Part shown: positions 1-12,614 of the stretch, in pieces
Numbering within the stretch: the stretch's first letter is position 1
Layout: every line of letters starts with the position of its first letter
Assembly (NCBI GenBank): GCA_973851085.1
Contig: OZ316775.1
Span: 1,116,001 to 1,180,000, forward strand
Length of the DNA: 64,000 nucleotides
Reading direction: 5' to 3'
DNA from: Ptychomitrium polyphyllum
Lineage: Eukaryota
The notes under the pieces: model-generated
Told to the model about the DNA's origin: nothing
Databases searched by the model: none
The model's input: the letters and a program-made list of their open reading frames with translations, nothing else
Program-made: the position numbers and the translations under genes

Positions 1-2015
1 ACAACCAGCTCACGGCACCAGACACACGGTCAGCAATACCCGGAGTGTTGGCCGAATTCGCAGTGTTCGCGGAGGGGGAAGCAGGGCCGAAGACTTTCTC
101 CCTGATGACACCAGGCAGTGTGCTTAAAGTCTGCGTCACTTGCTCAGAGAGCGCCTTGTCATGGTGTGTGGGAGTAGTCTGAGCAGCAAGTCGGTCTTTC
201 GTCCAAGCCGCGCGGTCTGCAGCACTGGCACCATACTCTCTGCTTTTCTGACCCGCCACGCTCATGTATGCCTTCGCCTTTTCTGTAAGCGGAGGAGCAT
301 TCGGATCCCTAGGTTTGTCAAGGCCCAAAGTGGCCTTTGTCTTGTCCAGAATCGACGGTGCATTTGGATCCGTGTGCTTGTCCATTCCGAGAGTTTCCTT
401 CGTCCTGTCCACAACGGATGGCGCATTCAGGTCGCTGGGTTTGTCTAAACCTAGAGTCGACTTTGCCTTGTCCAACACCGACGGCGCGTAGGGATCTCTA
501 GGCTTGTCCAATCCAAGAGTGGATTTCGCCCTGTCCAGGATTGACGGCGCGTTAGGATCTCGTGGCGCAGAAGGTGTGTCATTGTAGTAACCCATTTTGT
601 CACCGAGAACAACAGCAGCACCCGCGACGGAATTTCTAACCTTCTCCACCATACCCTTATTTGTAACTGTTGTAGGGCTTGCTCTGTACGAGTTGCGTGG
701 AACATCACTGTAACCCTTTTGTATGCTCTGGACAAAGACCACAAAATGCAAACTTCATCAAGACCTACAACTGTGTGCTGCCTGCATTTCTTACTTCAGA
801 GTTACACTGACCTCTCCTTTGGAAGATGATGTATGATATGGAGTTGCTGCATACCTCTATTGTTGAGCGAGAGTACTCTTGATCGGGCTGGTAACTGCGA
901 ATCGGGTCGATCTGAGGTTTTGTCACCGAGGGCGAGAATTGCTGCTCCGGCTGGTAACTGCGAATCGGATCGATCTGAGTATTTGTCACAGAGGGAGAGA
1001 ATTGCTGCTCAGGCTGATAACTGCGATCAGTTGGAGGATTCACAAAACGGGGAGATTTCTCTCCGACATCCAGGTACTTGAATTTCTCCTCCAAAGTGGG
1101 AGCCAAGTTCGATCTTGGCGAATCAGTTGTCATCGGAGCGGGACGCATAGGAGGCGCTGCCGCCACATGGTTCCGATTCTGCGATTCGTATCCCGAAGGA
1201 CTGATCGGCGAAGGCCTTGAGTCGTAGTCTCGATTGTGCACCTCACGTGGAGATGTTCTCTCGTACGATGGCGGGGAGTTAGCGTCGTGAGACACAGGGG
1301 TGGTCTTCACCGTGGAGAATGGCGTGGAATCGCCAACGTTGTACCCCGTCTCGGGTCCAGGACCCTGTCATCAACAATCAACAACCGCGGCGTTACGTAC
1401 ATTCATTGGATCACCAAGGCCGTGATAAAACTCCTTGGAACTCGTACACTACGGCGAACCCCAAATGCATGACTTGAACGAGGGTTATAAGACAGAAGCT
1501 CTTACCCTAGGAGACCCATCGTCGTACTCCGAGCTATCCTCATGGCCGTCGTCATCGACGCCCGCGTCACGCTTCTTCATGCCCGGGAGACGATTCTTCA
1601 AGTTCATCACCTTATCCTTGACGCGCGAGTGAGGAACTTTGGCCTTAAGCTTCGACGTCAACGACTTTCCTCCCGTTTCCCCCTGCACGGGATCTGAAAC
1701 CCCAGCCCAATTCATCACAACGTCCCCACACTCAGTCTCATAATCAGAACCACCCCATAAAACGCACTCAGCTAACCCCACACATTCCCTCAATCCCCCA
1801 CCATAACCTCGACTCACCCCTCCCCACGGCATGCGAACCTAAACCTAATCAACCACCAACAAACAACCAAGCCCCACATGACCCAAATGCTCCCCTCAAT
1901 CTAACCCCTAACAAAACAAACTCCTCAATCTCCAGAACTGCATAGCAACACCAACACTAACTCTTACATATCTCTCCACTAAGTCCATCACCAGAGACAG
2001 AGAGAGCTTACCCAT
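1..2015 (-). CDS. LTI65/RD29B/CAP160-like hydrophilic ABA/dehydration-induced protein (3' end beyond window). Coding exons 2015-2012, 1693-1506, 1364-855, 727-<1
   Basis: All junctions are GT-AG and in phase (ATG G|gtaag ... ttcag|AT CCC). The N-terminal KSLTSKLKAKV...KVMNLKNRL, late PTHHDKALSEQVTQTL and C-terminal GIADRVSGAVSWL resemble the LTI65/CAP160 K-rich N-terminal, PGEEDRALSEVI and GAVTSWL motifs. The last exon is open to position 1, so it is missing from the ORF track. Confidence 0.8.
272..562 (-). repeat. Coding tandem repeat, 63 bp / 21 aa x ~4.6 (consensus RDPNAPSILDKAKSTLGLDKP)
   Basis: Units read directly: RDPNAPSILDRAKSTLGLDKP, RDPYAPSVLDKAKSTLGLDKP, SDLNAPSVVDRTKETLGMDKH, TDPNAPSILDKTKATLGLDKP, RDPNAPPLTEKAK. 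ggatct anchors at 492 and 555 are 63 bp apart. Confidence 0.95.
870..1025 (-). repeat. Coding tandem repeat, 63 bp / 21 aa x ~2.5 (RSYQPEQQFSPSVTxxQIDPI)
   Basis: Visible in ORF 765..1310: RSYQPEQQFSPSVTNTQIDPI / RSYQPEQQFSPSVTKPQIDPI / RSYQPDQEY. Confidence 0.92.
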
Positions 2016-2290
2016 CCTCCTTCAAACTGCACAGTTTACTCGAAAAAGAGTTGGATTATAAACAAACCCCAACCAGACTCTCAAATAAAACGAGTTGAGG
2101 CGAAAACTAGAGACTACGCTCTTGCTCTTTCGAGGTACACATGAGCAGCCTGAAAGAACAGATGTGCTCGAATCCCCCCAAGGCAGATCCAAGACGGCTC
2201 TTGGGATGGGGAGATGCATGTAACGCTACACACCCGACGATTATGAGACCATAACTAGCCTGCTCACAAATCGGTCGTAATGCGAGCGAT

Positions 2291-2402
2291 GCCACGTGGC
2301 TGGCAGTTGGCTGCATGCCATTGCACCACCTGGATGCTGCAGAGCATATTTCACCTAAGTCACCCACCACTGTAGTTGGCGACTTGGATCTGGCCCACCG
2401 AC
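2291..2402. promoter_or_regulatory. ABRE/G-box (GCCACGTGGC, 2291-2300) and DRE/CRT core (ACCGAC, 2397-2402) upstream of the LTI65-like gene
   Basis: A perfect 10-bp G-box palindrome and a DRE core lie about 280-390 bp upstream of the ATG. ABRE plus DRE is the established RD29 promoter architecture. Confidence 0.6.
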
Positions 2403-4618
2403 CATGGCGCCCGTCTTGTGCATGGGCAGCTGCAACGTCCATAATATCCTGGAAAATGCAACCCTCGTAGACGTATTCTAGCATTCTTCAGTCGCACCAT
2501 GCTCCTGCACCGCTTCTATTGGCCAGATGTGCTATTGCCCAAACAGTAGAATGCTGTTCTAGTAGTGCTTCATCATGGTACACTTTGCATGTGTTGTGAT
2601 GCATGTATTGTGATGGTTGCTTTGGTTTTTTTTTATTTGTCACAGTTGTAGTTGACGACTTCTGCAAGGAAGTGGTCGTTTGTTTTGTACTACAATATGT
2701 TAGTGCCGAGGTTTGAGATGCTCTCTGCTGACACTTGGTTGCTCGGCGCATACTCATAAGTACTGTTTTGTGGAGCATGTCACTTTCGAGAGCCTATTTT
2801 GCTATTGGCGTTTGTCTCATAGAGCATGTATGTATAAAAGAAATCCTTTGTGACTGGAGTTTGAACTTTTTGAATCAAACACCCTACACTAGAAGGACAA
2901 CATGTAGCGCATCAAAGATTCAGTTGCTTGAGCCGACGTACTCGATGAATCGTATTAATAATTATATTGTTGGTCATGTTTTCATGATACAGGGTTGAGT
3001 TGCACGATTGGATTCGGAGTGAGTAGTTGAGCGGCCATGGATTTGGAGTTTTTGATGACAAGAAATAGAAACCGCATGCAACCTCCCACTTGGCCTACTT
3101 GGGTCCGTGCTTTATGCAGATTGCTGCGTGATGAAACTCTTGCATTCCGTCACACGCTGGGATTTGTAGTCTGACGGGTTTTGGGTATACTTGATGATCT
3201 TCTTCAGGACCGACTCTTCTCAGTGCGTTTTTGCGTGAATCAGTGTTTGATATGACACATTCCTGCATAAGGTACCAGTGCAGCAATTGAATACTGAGAT
3301 GATTGCGAATCCTTTATTGACCACAAGTGCGGCAGCTACTTGGATTTCAACTTCTGTTGAAATTCATCACACTTTTTGAGATGTTTTTCAGTGAAGCACA
3401 TTTTGATCAAAATAGGGCTCTTTAATTTTCTAGCATTACGTCAGAAGTGTGACATTTGCCAAAGTACATGGTGGTTGATCAGATTTAGTGGACCTCATAG
3501 TGAATTTGACAGGGTTCAAGCAATTTTAGCCGTTGGATTTGCTTATGTAAGTTAGCATTTTTCAATATATCAACGTGCGTTTGACCTTCTGCATCCACCT
3601 GTCAATGGCATGTGCTAATTTCTTAATTCAGATTTTTTAGGGGTTTGTTGCTACCGATGTGCCAGCTTATCTTATGCGTGCTCCTCTGGTTGCCTTCTGT
3701 AGGCTTTCATATGAAAATAGTTATGTAGAATGGACTCTTTACCGTTTTATTGTTCTTTTAAGGTGCTGGCAAGCAATAGTTAAGTGCTTGTATCAGAGCG
3801 TTATTGTGAGCTACTTCTGCGCTACGTACCTGTCTTCTTTTCTGTAAGAGATTTGTTTCAATTTACTTTTCCAGAATGGTTGTTTCTTCATGCTGTCATT
3901 GATCATTCTGAGAAACAAATTCATAGTCATTCGTAAAGTGGATGTTATAGCACACCTTTTTAGAGATTTCTGCTATCAAAGTTTAACTGCTGTCTGAAGG
4001 AGAAACGAAATTCCTGGTTGCAACTTGGAGATACCTGCCCTCTAATTTGATGCTTTCAGTGTTGTTCCTTGGTTCGACAACTCAGATTGGCCTTCGTGTT
4101 GAGCTGCTTTATGTGAGGCTTGGAGGTAGAAGAGCGCGCCGAGAACGAACCTTTTGATCACTTCAATCATGTGTTCGCGATCATGGGCATCAGGAGGTTC
4201 ATTTACTGAAGGTAAATTATGTTATAAGTTCCAAGTAAGTATTCTTTTTTCTTTATCTTTTGCGAGTTGGTGAGAGTACGATTTTAATTATGAAAAATTT
4301 AATGGGTTAAGTTTATACATGTCTGTGGGATTATTTGCACCTAGTACTTTTGCAGTTTCATTTCGTGAGGTTAAGTGTCCTAAATTTGTATCATGACTGA
4401 GTACTTTAAAAAGCCCTCAAGTTCCCAGCATAGAATAATTGAGGTTTGTGTGTACATTCCTTGCCACTTGTGAAATTTCTGTAAATGTTTTTTCATGATG
4501 AGCCTCTGAGTAGCTGCCTTTGTGTAACGTTAGCGGGCATCAAGTTTGGTTAGGGTTCTCACGAGGTTGCATCAGTTCCTAATCCTATCTGTTGCAAAAA
4601 GAGGCAGAATTCGGCATG

Positions 4619-4910
4619 CACTGTAACCACATAGCAGGTTCGCTATCCCAAGTGTGTGTATGTGTTTATACATATATTTTTTAAATCTTTTTTAATCTTC
4701 TTTTAATCTATCTATTTATTTATTTTGTTTTTTTATTTATTGAAAAATATAGCCTTCAGAATTTTAATTTTTTATTTTATTTGGCTTAAAATAGAAAATT
4801 ATGGCTGAAATACTTTTTTCTGTTCTCATTTGTTGTCTTCATAATTTTTTATATTCCCGTTTTCGACTTTTAAAATTTATTTTTGAGCGACCCTGCTATG
4901 TGGCTACGGT
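4619..4910. mobile_element. MITE-like non-autonomous DNA transposon (~290 bp, ~25-bp TIRs)
   Basis: 4620-4644 actgtaaccacatagcaggttcgct versus the reverse complement of 4886-4910, accgtagccacatagcagggtcgct: 22/25 identical. The interior is very AT-rich and non-coding, the left end starts CACTG, and 'atg' is present at both flanks. Confidence 0.75.
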
Positions 4911-5822
4911 ATGTTGTTAGGTCTGGAGGTGAAGGACACAAGAAGGATGGTACGTGTCGAGGTCACGAATTATGTTATTGGGGGCGTTACAGTGCCATGC
5001 AATGATGTGCAAGGTTCACACATGAACTCCTGATCGACACAAATTCTTCATCATGACTCTCATCAGGAACGATCATTCTGTAAATGGGAAAGTGAATGGC
5101 TTGATTACGAGAATATCGAAGCATCAATCCTATGGGCATATTCCTGAGCAGGAATTTCTTATCTTGTAAGTATTGCTTCTGTCAAAGGGTAGTGACAAAT
5201 TTATCACAATTTTGTAAGTTGAATAAGCCTCCAGCAACGTCTTCCTGATCATCAAACCCGTTAGATCCGAGATTTGTCAATTACTGCATGGTTCTCTTCA
5301 AAGTAAGTCAGCTTTCTTTGCTAATCGAGCTTTTCTAAGTTTCGTTGTGTCTTGCTCCTGATATCCTTTTCGCACGCGTTTTTTCCGGTCGATTGATTTC
5401 CTGCTTCATACGTTACCTCATGCTACAATTTTGGATTAGGATTAACTTTTGCGAATTTTCTTTTACCTTCTAGATATGATATTTTACTAAATGCACGTTG
5501 CCTGGTTTTTACCATCTTTTGTAAGCTGAGAATTCTTGCTTAAATCCGTGCGTATCTTACATGAACCTGGAGATTGAAGGACATTTCACGATCGCACAAA
5601 TCGACGCAGCGTCAGTCTTTGGATTCTGTTTGGTACAACCTCTGCAAAATTTCCTCATAAAAGCAACTCATCTAGGTATGTTTCTCTCATATTCATCGCT
5701 CAGTTCCAACGTCATGTCCATACATACATACCAGTTCAAACCTCCTTCAATCCAACTTCCCTCAAACCTTCTGCCAAGTTCCACTTCTCCAGTCCCTCTG
5801 AAGTCTCTTTCTCCCTGCCAAT

Positions 5823-7175
5823 ATGAGTACTGCACGCAATGGCTCATTTCAGAAAAAACGAAAGCTCCTGGTTGCAGTGCTGATGCTGGCTGTAATGTGT
5901 GGCCCAGTGAGAGGCTCCAGATTCATGAAGCCCACTGCTCATGAAGACCACCACAAGGAACATTCACCTCCGCCTCCGCCTCCACCTCCACTTCGGTGGT
6001 GGCAGCATCCTCCACCACCGCCGCTCATCCTTCAGTGGCCTCCTCCAATTCATCACTGGTATCGCCATTATCCTCCTTCACCTCCACCTCCATCTCCATC
6101 TCCAGTCAATTTCAATGCCTCGTCTACTCCTTCGCCACCCCCACCCCCGCTCTCCTCTCCTCCCCCATCTCCATCACGGGTCCGGCAGTCGCAACCATCA
6201 CCACCACCCTCATCACCACCACCACTATCCTCACCACCACCACCCTCCTCTCCACCACCACCCTCACCACCATTAACCTCGTCGCCACCTCCACCTCCAG
6301 AGGGAGGCAAATCAGAGCTCTTGACTGGCAAGCACTTACAGAATGAAAGGAAACTGTTCAGTAGTAAATTCGGTGCCGCTTCTAGGAGGAGCAATTTTCT
6401 GGTCACTGATTCCTCATCAGGAGAATGCTTTACTGATCCAGCTATGTCACCAAGTCCTTCTGGTGCACCACCTCTTGTTCCTTACGGTGAATATATTATT
6501 CCTGCCGGTGCACCTTATTCATCCAGTGATCCGGAAGCGTTGAGTCCTGTGCCTGCACCTGGGCCCACATCTGGAGCTGATAGTCCTGAGTCAGGTGACA
6601 ACGATACTATGGCGCATACCGCCATGGTGAGTGCCATACTAGTACGATGAGTTGTGATAAGTTCAGTTTTTTGGGATGTTACTGCTGATGACTCTGTTTG
6701 AAATTTAAAATGAAATTTCCTTGTGTATTAGTATCAAGTCCTTGTGTCATAGTCGTCTGAATTGTGACCTGTCCTTACAATTTGCCTTCGTTTGAGGACA
6801 TGGCAGTATAATCAGTGCACGTACACGATTATTACAAGCACCGGAAATATCAAAGGAGCCGGCACTCGAGCTGATGTAAATGTGGAGTTTTTCAACAAAT
6901 TTGGTGACTCTGTTCTTTTCGTCAACCTAAGAAACCAAAACCGCAACTTTGACAGTGGAGCCATAGACACGTTCACTGTTGTCGGTGACTGTGTCCAAAA
7001 CATATGCCGCATGCATTTGTCTCATGATGATGCAGGTCCAAATCCTGGCTGGTTCGTGAACACCGTTACGGTGTCGCTCCTGTATCAGACCCATGTGTTC
7101 AATGTGTTTGAGTGGTTGGCCAAGGACGAGCCTCCTTACTCCCTCTCCCGCACCATCAGTTCTTGTCCCATGTGA
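5823..7175 (+). CDS. Secreted Pro-rich (extensin/AGP-like) protein with C-terminal PLAT/LH2 domain, ~390 aa. Exons 5823-6626, 6807-7175
   Basis: Signal-peptide-like KKRKLLVAVLMLAVMCGPVRG, many SP3-5 runs, and a phase-0 intron (ATG|gtgagt ... ggcag|TAT). Exon 2 carries plant PLAT motifs CTYTI..TG...AGT, F.SGAIDTF, ICRMHLSHDDAG..PGWFVNTVTV. Confidence 0.85.
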
Positions 7176-9199
7176 GACCAGGGTGGTAGTCTGAGAAGAT
7201 TTGCAGCGGCATACAGATGTGTCATTACATAATAACGGGTCATAGTGAGAATAAGTGGAGCCTAGCTTCACTTTGCGTTCAGCTATTAACCTCATCAAAC
7301 TTTGGTTCTCCTGTGTAAACCTGTAATATCAAAAGTTAAGACTTCGGCCGGTTCAGTTATGTATGCAATGCAGTGATGAAATGATGCATCGATGTGAGAA
7401 ATCCACCTCTTTGTTCTGTGAACTCTTCATCGATCGGATGTTTGAAAGCTCAGGACGGGATGTCTTCCACAATATAGAGAATGCGACTTAGGATTCTTCT
7501 GATGCTTGCGTCTGTGGTTACAATTTGTCTACGGTATTTCTCTCGTAAGCAAGCACCTATCACTCAAAAATTCTATCCATATCCGCACTAATTTCCACCA
7601 ACGTGAAGAGCAGTTGAAAAGTGCACAAAAAAGGGAATAGAAAATCACTTAAGTCTGACTTAAAGCATCACACTCTAGTGTTGATTCATACTTTGCAAAC
7701 ATACATCCTCCACAAACTTCTCCCCCAATACCAACAAACCCTCACTTCCCAATATTCCAAAAGTAACTTCAGCTTTAAAGTCTTAAACATTGGTATCTTT
7801 TGCCATCTTTTCATAAGAATTAGGTCCACTTCAATGAAAGTAAGCAACTAAGATTCTCAAAATACTATAAGACTTTTTAAACCCGAGTTCCTAAAATTGG
7901 GCTTTTCCACTTGACTCTAGTGATTCTTAAAAAGTTTGATCATTCCTTCAAAATAAAGTTGTTCCTATTGCTCTTCACCTTCTTCAATTAAAGTTTCACT
8001 GCATGCAAGAAAAAATTGAAGAATGGATAAGAAGCATTAGTTGGTTGCTTAATTTTATTTCTTAGCACCAAAATATATTCTAAGTTGCTCAATGCATTGC
8101 TTGATGAAGAAGGCTCTAATGATTCCATTTTTTCCAATTGGCCAATACATACAGTAGTATTTGCCTTCACTATCCACTACCTCAATTATGAAACATCGTA
8201 ATTTTCTTAGCTCTTTGCAACCAAAGTTGACATAAAAAACCTTAAAAGATACAATATTTAATTTTCGAACAAAATATATAAATGTATTCTAAGATGTTGA
8301 AAATGTTACTCAACAAGGCTATTCTATGAAGCTTTCTATGATATGTGCATTTTAAAATACAATCCTGCAAATTAGCTATGTTTTCCTTCTAATGAAGAAA
8401 ATACTTATACATAGAAAAATCTCTACATAGGAGTGCAGTAACAACAGCATACTATACTCATAAGACTTGACTTGACTTTGCAAAGAATGCCAAGCCAAGG
8501 AAACTTCTCCACTTAACACCCATTCAAAACTTAATTAGCATTAAAGACCAATTAGCATAAAGTTCAAACTAAAGAGATGAAAAACTTCCGAAACTGAACT
8601 ATATTGCATCCACCCGCCGTCACTTGCACCTGATGCCACGTCACGTAACACACCGGACAATGTATACGCCAGAGCCCTAATCCTCAAAAACCCGAGATAG
8701 TAGCCTATCATATAAAGAAGTATGATAACCTGCCACAGCCTTTGGACAAAGGATAACTAGTGGGTGAGGAAGTTCTATCAGGTTTACAAAATCAACAAAC
8801 ATCGAGTCATGTTGCAGCTTACAAGCTGATAAGCTGCACAAACATTCCCTTTGTCAGATCAAGACGTGCCCCCTGTCAAAAAAAGAATTAAACCATGTTG
8901 AAAGAGGAAATAAAGAATGACTTACAAGACTCTAGACTTGATGAAAACTTTACTTGAATGTCGTAAAGATGTAAAATTAAGGTACTAAATGTATTCATGG
9001 AGGTGGATTCCAACAATACCTTGATCTTCATTAATTTTGATTTCAAGGTAGAGTAGCTCCCCCTGGAAGGTAGGAGTAGTGTGTTGATATTATTTTCTCC
9101 ATGCCTGCAAGTCACAATGAGAAGTGGAATGTTTTGATTTTCAATTAAAAAAAAGTTATGAATTTCAGTTAACCCTCAAACGCCTAAGGTTCATTGTTT

Positions 9200-10700
9200 G
9201 ACCATTCATGATTTTCAATGATTTGATTTTTCATCCAGAAATTCTCCCTGTTGTATACTGGTCATGGAAAATTAAAGTTTTCATTGTAGTATGCATTTTG
9301 GAAAAATTTCATACTTCATGTGTCTAATTTATAATTTATATAATCTTTTTGTTTGATTTGTTTCAAAAAAGCATGAAATTTTCATATTTAACCATTAATT
9401 CTATAAAAAGAATATAGCATGTAAATAATACATGGAATTTAATAGGAAAAATGAAATTTTAATATTGTGTATCAATTATAATAACCAAATATATTGTTAG
9501 AAATGAGTATTACCTTCATGACTATAGGCTTAAGCCTTTAAAATAAAATTAAGTGTGAGCAATATAAGATTACAAGGAAGAATAAGAATGTCATATAAAA
9601 GAAAATGTAGAAGAATTGAATTAGGGCCTTTGTTGATCATTGTAGTTTGCTAAGGCATATTCCTATAAATAAATAAATTGATATAAAGTGATATAAATAC
9701 AATATGCTTCAATGTTAAAAGCGTTATCCTATTTGATTATTGGTGTAGATATTTATGATTTTAATATGCATTTTACATTTTACACCTCATTTTTCTTATT
9801 AATATGTTTAAGATGTTTTTGATTCTACATTGATCATCATTTTTTACATTGACCTTTAATTGGTTGTAATAGGTATTCTTTTCTTAATGGTAATTACCAA
9901 ATAAATATTTTATGTATGATTAATTTTTTTTAATTATTAGTTTTTCAAGATTCAAAATCTAATTGGCAATAGGAATGACTTAATTATCATATAAAGGTTA
10001 CATGATAATTTGCAACAATGCAAATTTAAAACATTCTTAATCCTTAAAGCTCACCACTTTTTCACTACAGTTCATTCCAAACGTTTTCATTAATACATAC
10101 TTGAATTTTAAAATTATGTATTATTAGTATGCCTTGTGCCATTGGCCATACAGCTGCTCGTAATAAAAGTTTTAAAATATTCTTAATTTTTTGATATTTT
10201 GAAGTGAAAATAATTTGAAATTTTTTTGGGTATCTTTATTGAGAACTTTTGATGATGTCATCAACACCTCTATTGGCGTAATTGTATAAAACTTTTAAAA
10301 CAGTCACAAGTATAACAGAACAAGTTATTTTCCTTAATATGTAAATGTATAATATTAAGTTTTTTTTTTTAATAAATGTATATACATATGTACATATATA
10401 TAATTATATTTGGAGTCTTTTCAAGGTCATTTTAGCCATATGAATTTTATTTTAAGTTTGTTTTCAATGTGAATTTACTTTTAGTATAATATCTTACATG
10501 TAAAGGAATATTTCTAGTAATTTCAAGTAATATCTACAATTCCATTTATTCCATAAAAATAAAATTAGGTCATTAAAAGGAAGCACTCATAGCAAGGGCA
10601 CTTCATCTTCAAAATCTTGAAATAAGTAAAAATAAAAATGAAATTGAATTTGCATATGTAAAATCCATTTTTTCCTTATATAAAATGACAAAAGATGAGT
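9200..10700. other. AT-rich, CpG-depleted non-coding block (probable decayed transposon); boundaries approximate
   Basis: Abrupt compositional shift, almost no CG dinucleotides, no long ORFs. Confidence 0.45.
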
Positions 10701-11875
10701 GAAGTATCAAGTTATGAGCAATTTCCACCTATTTCAATCTTTAGAAGATTCCTTCACATCCTAAAACGTGGAAATTTTCAAGAGTATTGAAAAAGGTGAA
10801 AATTGCTTCCAACTTGCAATGATCTCACTCACCTTTCTTCCTCCAAGGTAGGAGGACATGGTTCTCATTAATGGAAAACCATTTTCCATTCTTGCTCTTA
10901 ACCTTGCTGCAGTTCTCTGAGGATGGGATGCCCCTGCTTTGACACCCTCTAGTGACTCAAATCCTTTTGCAATTCAGTTTCTTTGAATCAAGATGTCATA
11001 AACTGCTGTTACTAGTGCATGACCGCAGACCACAATTATTTAAAACACTGGCAACGTTTAAGGACTCCAGCTGCCTTGCCTCCTTTCAAATAGATCCACG
11101 CAACCACTGTCTGCAATAACTGAACTCTGACAATCCTACATCTGAAAGTTCGGTGGGAGTGATTATCACTAATGCAGAGCCTGGGGCAGAACCAGGTTTA
11201 GGCCTGCAATTACCTACAACAGATTTAGATTGGAACCATGAAAAGAAAAATTTGTTGTTCGAAGGTGATCGTGGACATCTATGCCGACATTCATAAAGAA
11301 AAAATGTTAGATGGTGTGTGCCCTGTCATGCCTGCATCTGGCTCCAGAGGATTAAAGAGCAGAGTAGACAGAGCTGGAGTTTGCTTCTCAAACCAGGTCC
11401 TTTCTAGAGGCATTTAAAATTATTAACAACTACAGTCTTGTTGCTACTTTAGATTAATGTCTGCACTAGATTTCCAAGTTCACTAACTGCTTTACTTGGC
11501 CACCTAATCCTCGTTCTGCACAGCCTTGCCACAGTTTCGGCTGCTGGTGATTTCGTTTGTCACAGAACGACACTCTCAGTTTTCCTTCTGTCATACTAGC
11601 CTTCCCTACAACAAAACAGTGACATTGAATTTTCATAATTGGTCTGACTTCCGTCGGAGTGTAAGAACCTCATTGATTCAATACTCCCATTTGGTTGCCG
11701 GAAAGACTAGAGACGTGTCTAAAGTAAATAACGAAGGCCTTGGCATAGTGACTGGCCGCATCGTGGAAGTGAACCAAGCACATTCAAGTGTCTATCTTAT
11801 TCCATATAGTTGCATTCTGACTCTGAGCCCGTATTTGGTACTGAACATCCATGCCATTTCAAAGCAGTGGCTTAC

Positions 11876-12614
11876 AACTTGCACTCTTCGGCCGTTTCCT
11901 GTAGAAAAGTCTCCTGAAAACAAAAGGGGAGAAAGTGGAGAGCATCCCGTTAGATAAATCATCGCCAGCAAAAGTTTTAGAAACAGAGAGCTGCACAATG
12001 ATTGATGACCTAAGAAATCACACTAGGGCACTACTGTATTTACACCTGGCTTGTACTCATCCACGATTGTCCTAGCACACCCGATCGACATCAATCAACA
12101 AATCACTTGTTGGTAACTAGACCAGCTATTAGCTAAAAATATGGTGACGTGCAACGCAATAGAGGTGAGCCTGGCTATGCCAGAAACGACTTACGACTAA
12201 CTTGTAGCGACGAACCACAGCTTTCGCTTCCACTTTTGCTGGAACCTTCTTGTTGGTACTCTCATGAAGTCCTAAGGGATCAAACTTTGCACACTTCGGC
12301 TCAAGATCGGCGAGCGGCCTTTCAGATGTTTCCAATGCCAGAACGTCCTCAACTCGTTTCTGAGGTATCACAGGCTCGACCTCTGGGTTCCCCCAACTAG
12401 ACAGGAGTCTAACCTCACAGGCTTCTGAAGGCGTCGCTGATCCCTTTGGCAAGAACGTGATCTGCCTGGCTAGCTTCGCCGTCTGTGGCCTCTCAAACGT
12501 GTCCGCTGCTGGATTGGATTTCGACTCCGAACGGTCTCCGTCACCCCTGCCCTGTCTCAGAAGAGATGCCATAACCTCCCAACGCGAACCAGCAGCTCCA
12601 ACTGGGCGCTCCAT
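11876..12614 (-). CDS. Possible orphan gene or decaying gene (unrecognised product). Candidate exons 12614-12202, 12071-12044, 11913-11876
   Basis: A 161-aa ORF with protein-like composition. Two 130-bp GT-AG introns join it in phase to KTIVDEYKPG and ETFLQETAEECKL, but I found no clean downstream continuation. Confidence 0.3.

Noticed and set aside
272..1025. Regular 63-bp repeats as a CRISPR-like or non-coding array
   Set aside because: There are no spacers, and the units are in-frame coding repeats with largely synonymous or conservative variation.
5941..6406. His-rich (5941..6276), Thr/Ser-rich (5996..6346) and Gly-rich antisense (6068..6406) ORFs
   Set aside because: These are shadow frames of the CCA/CCT-rich poly-Pro coding sequence.
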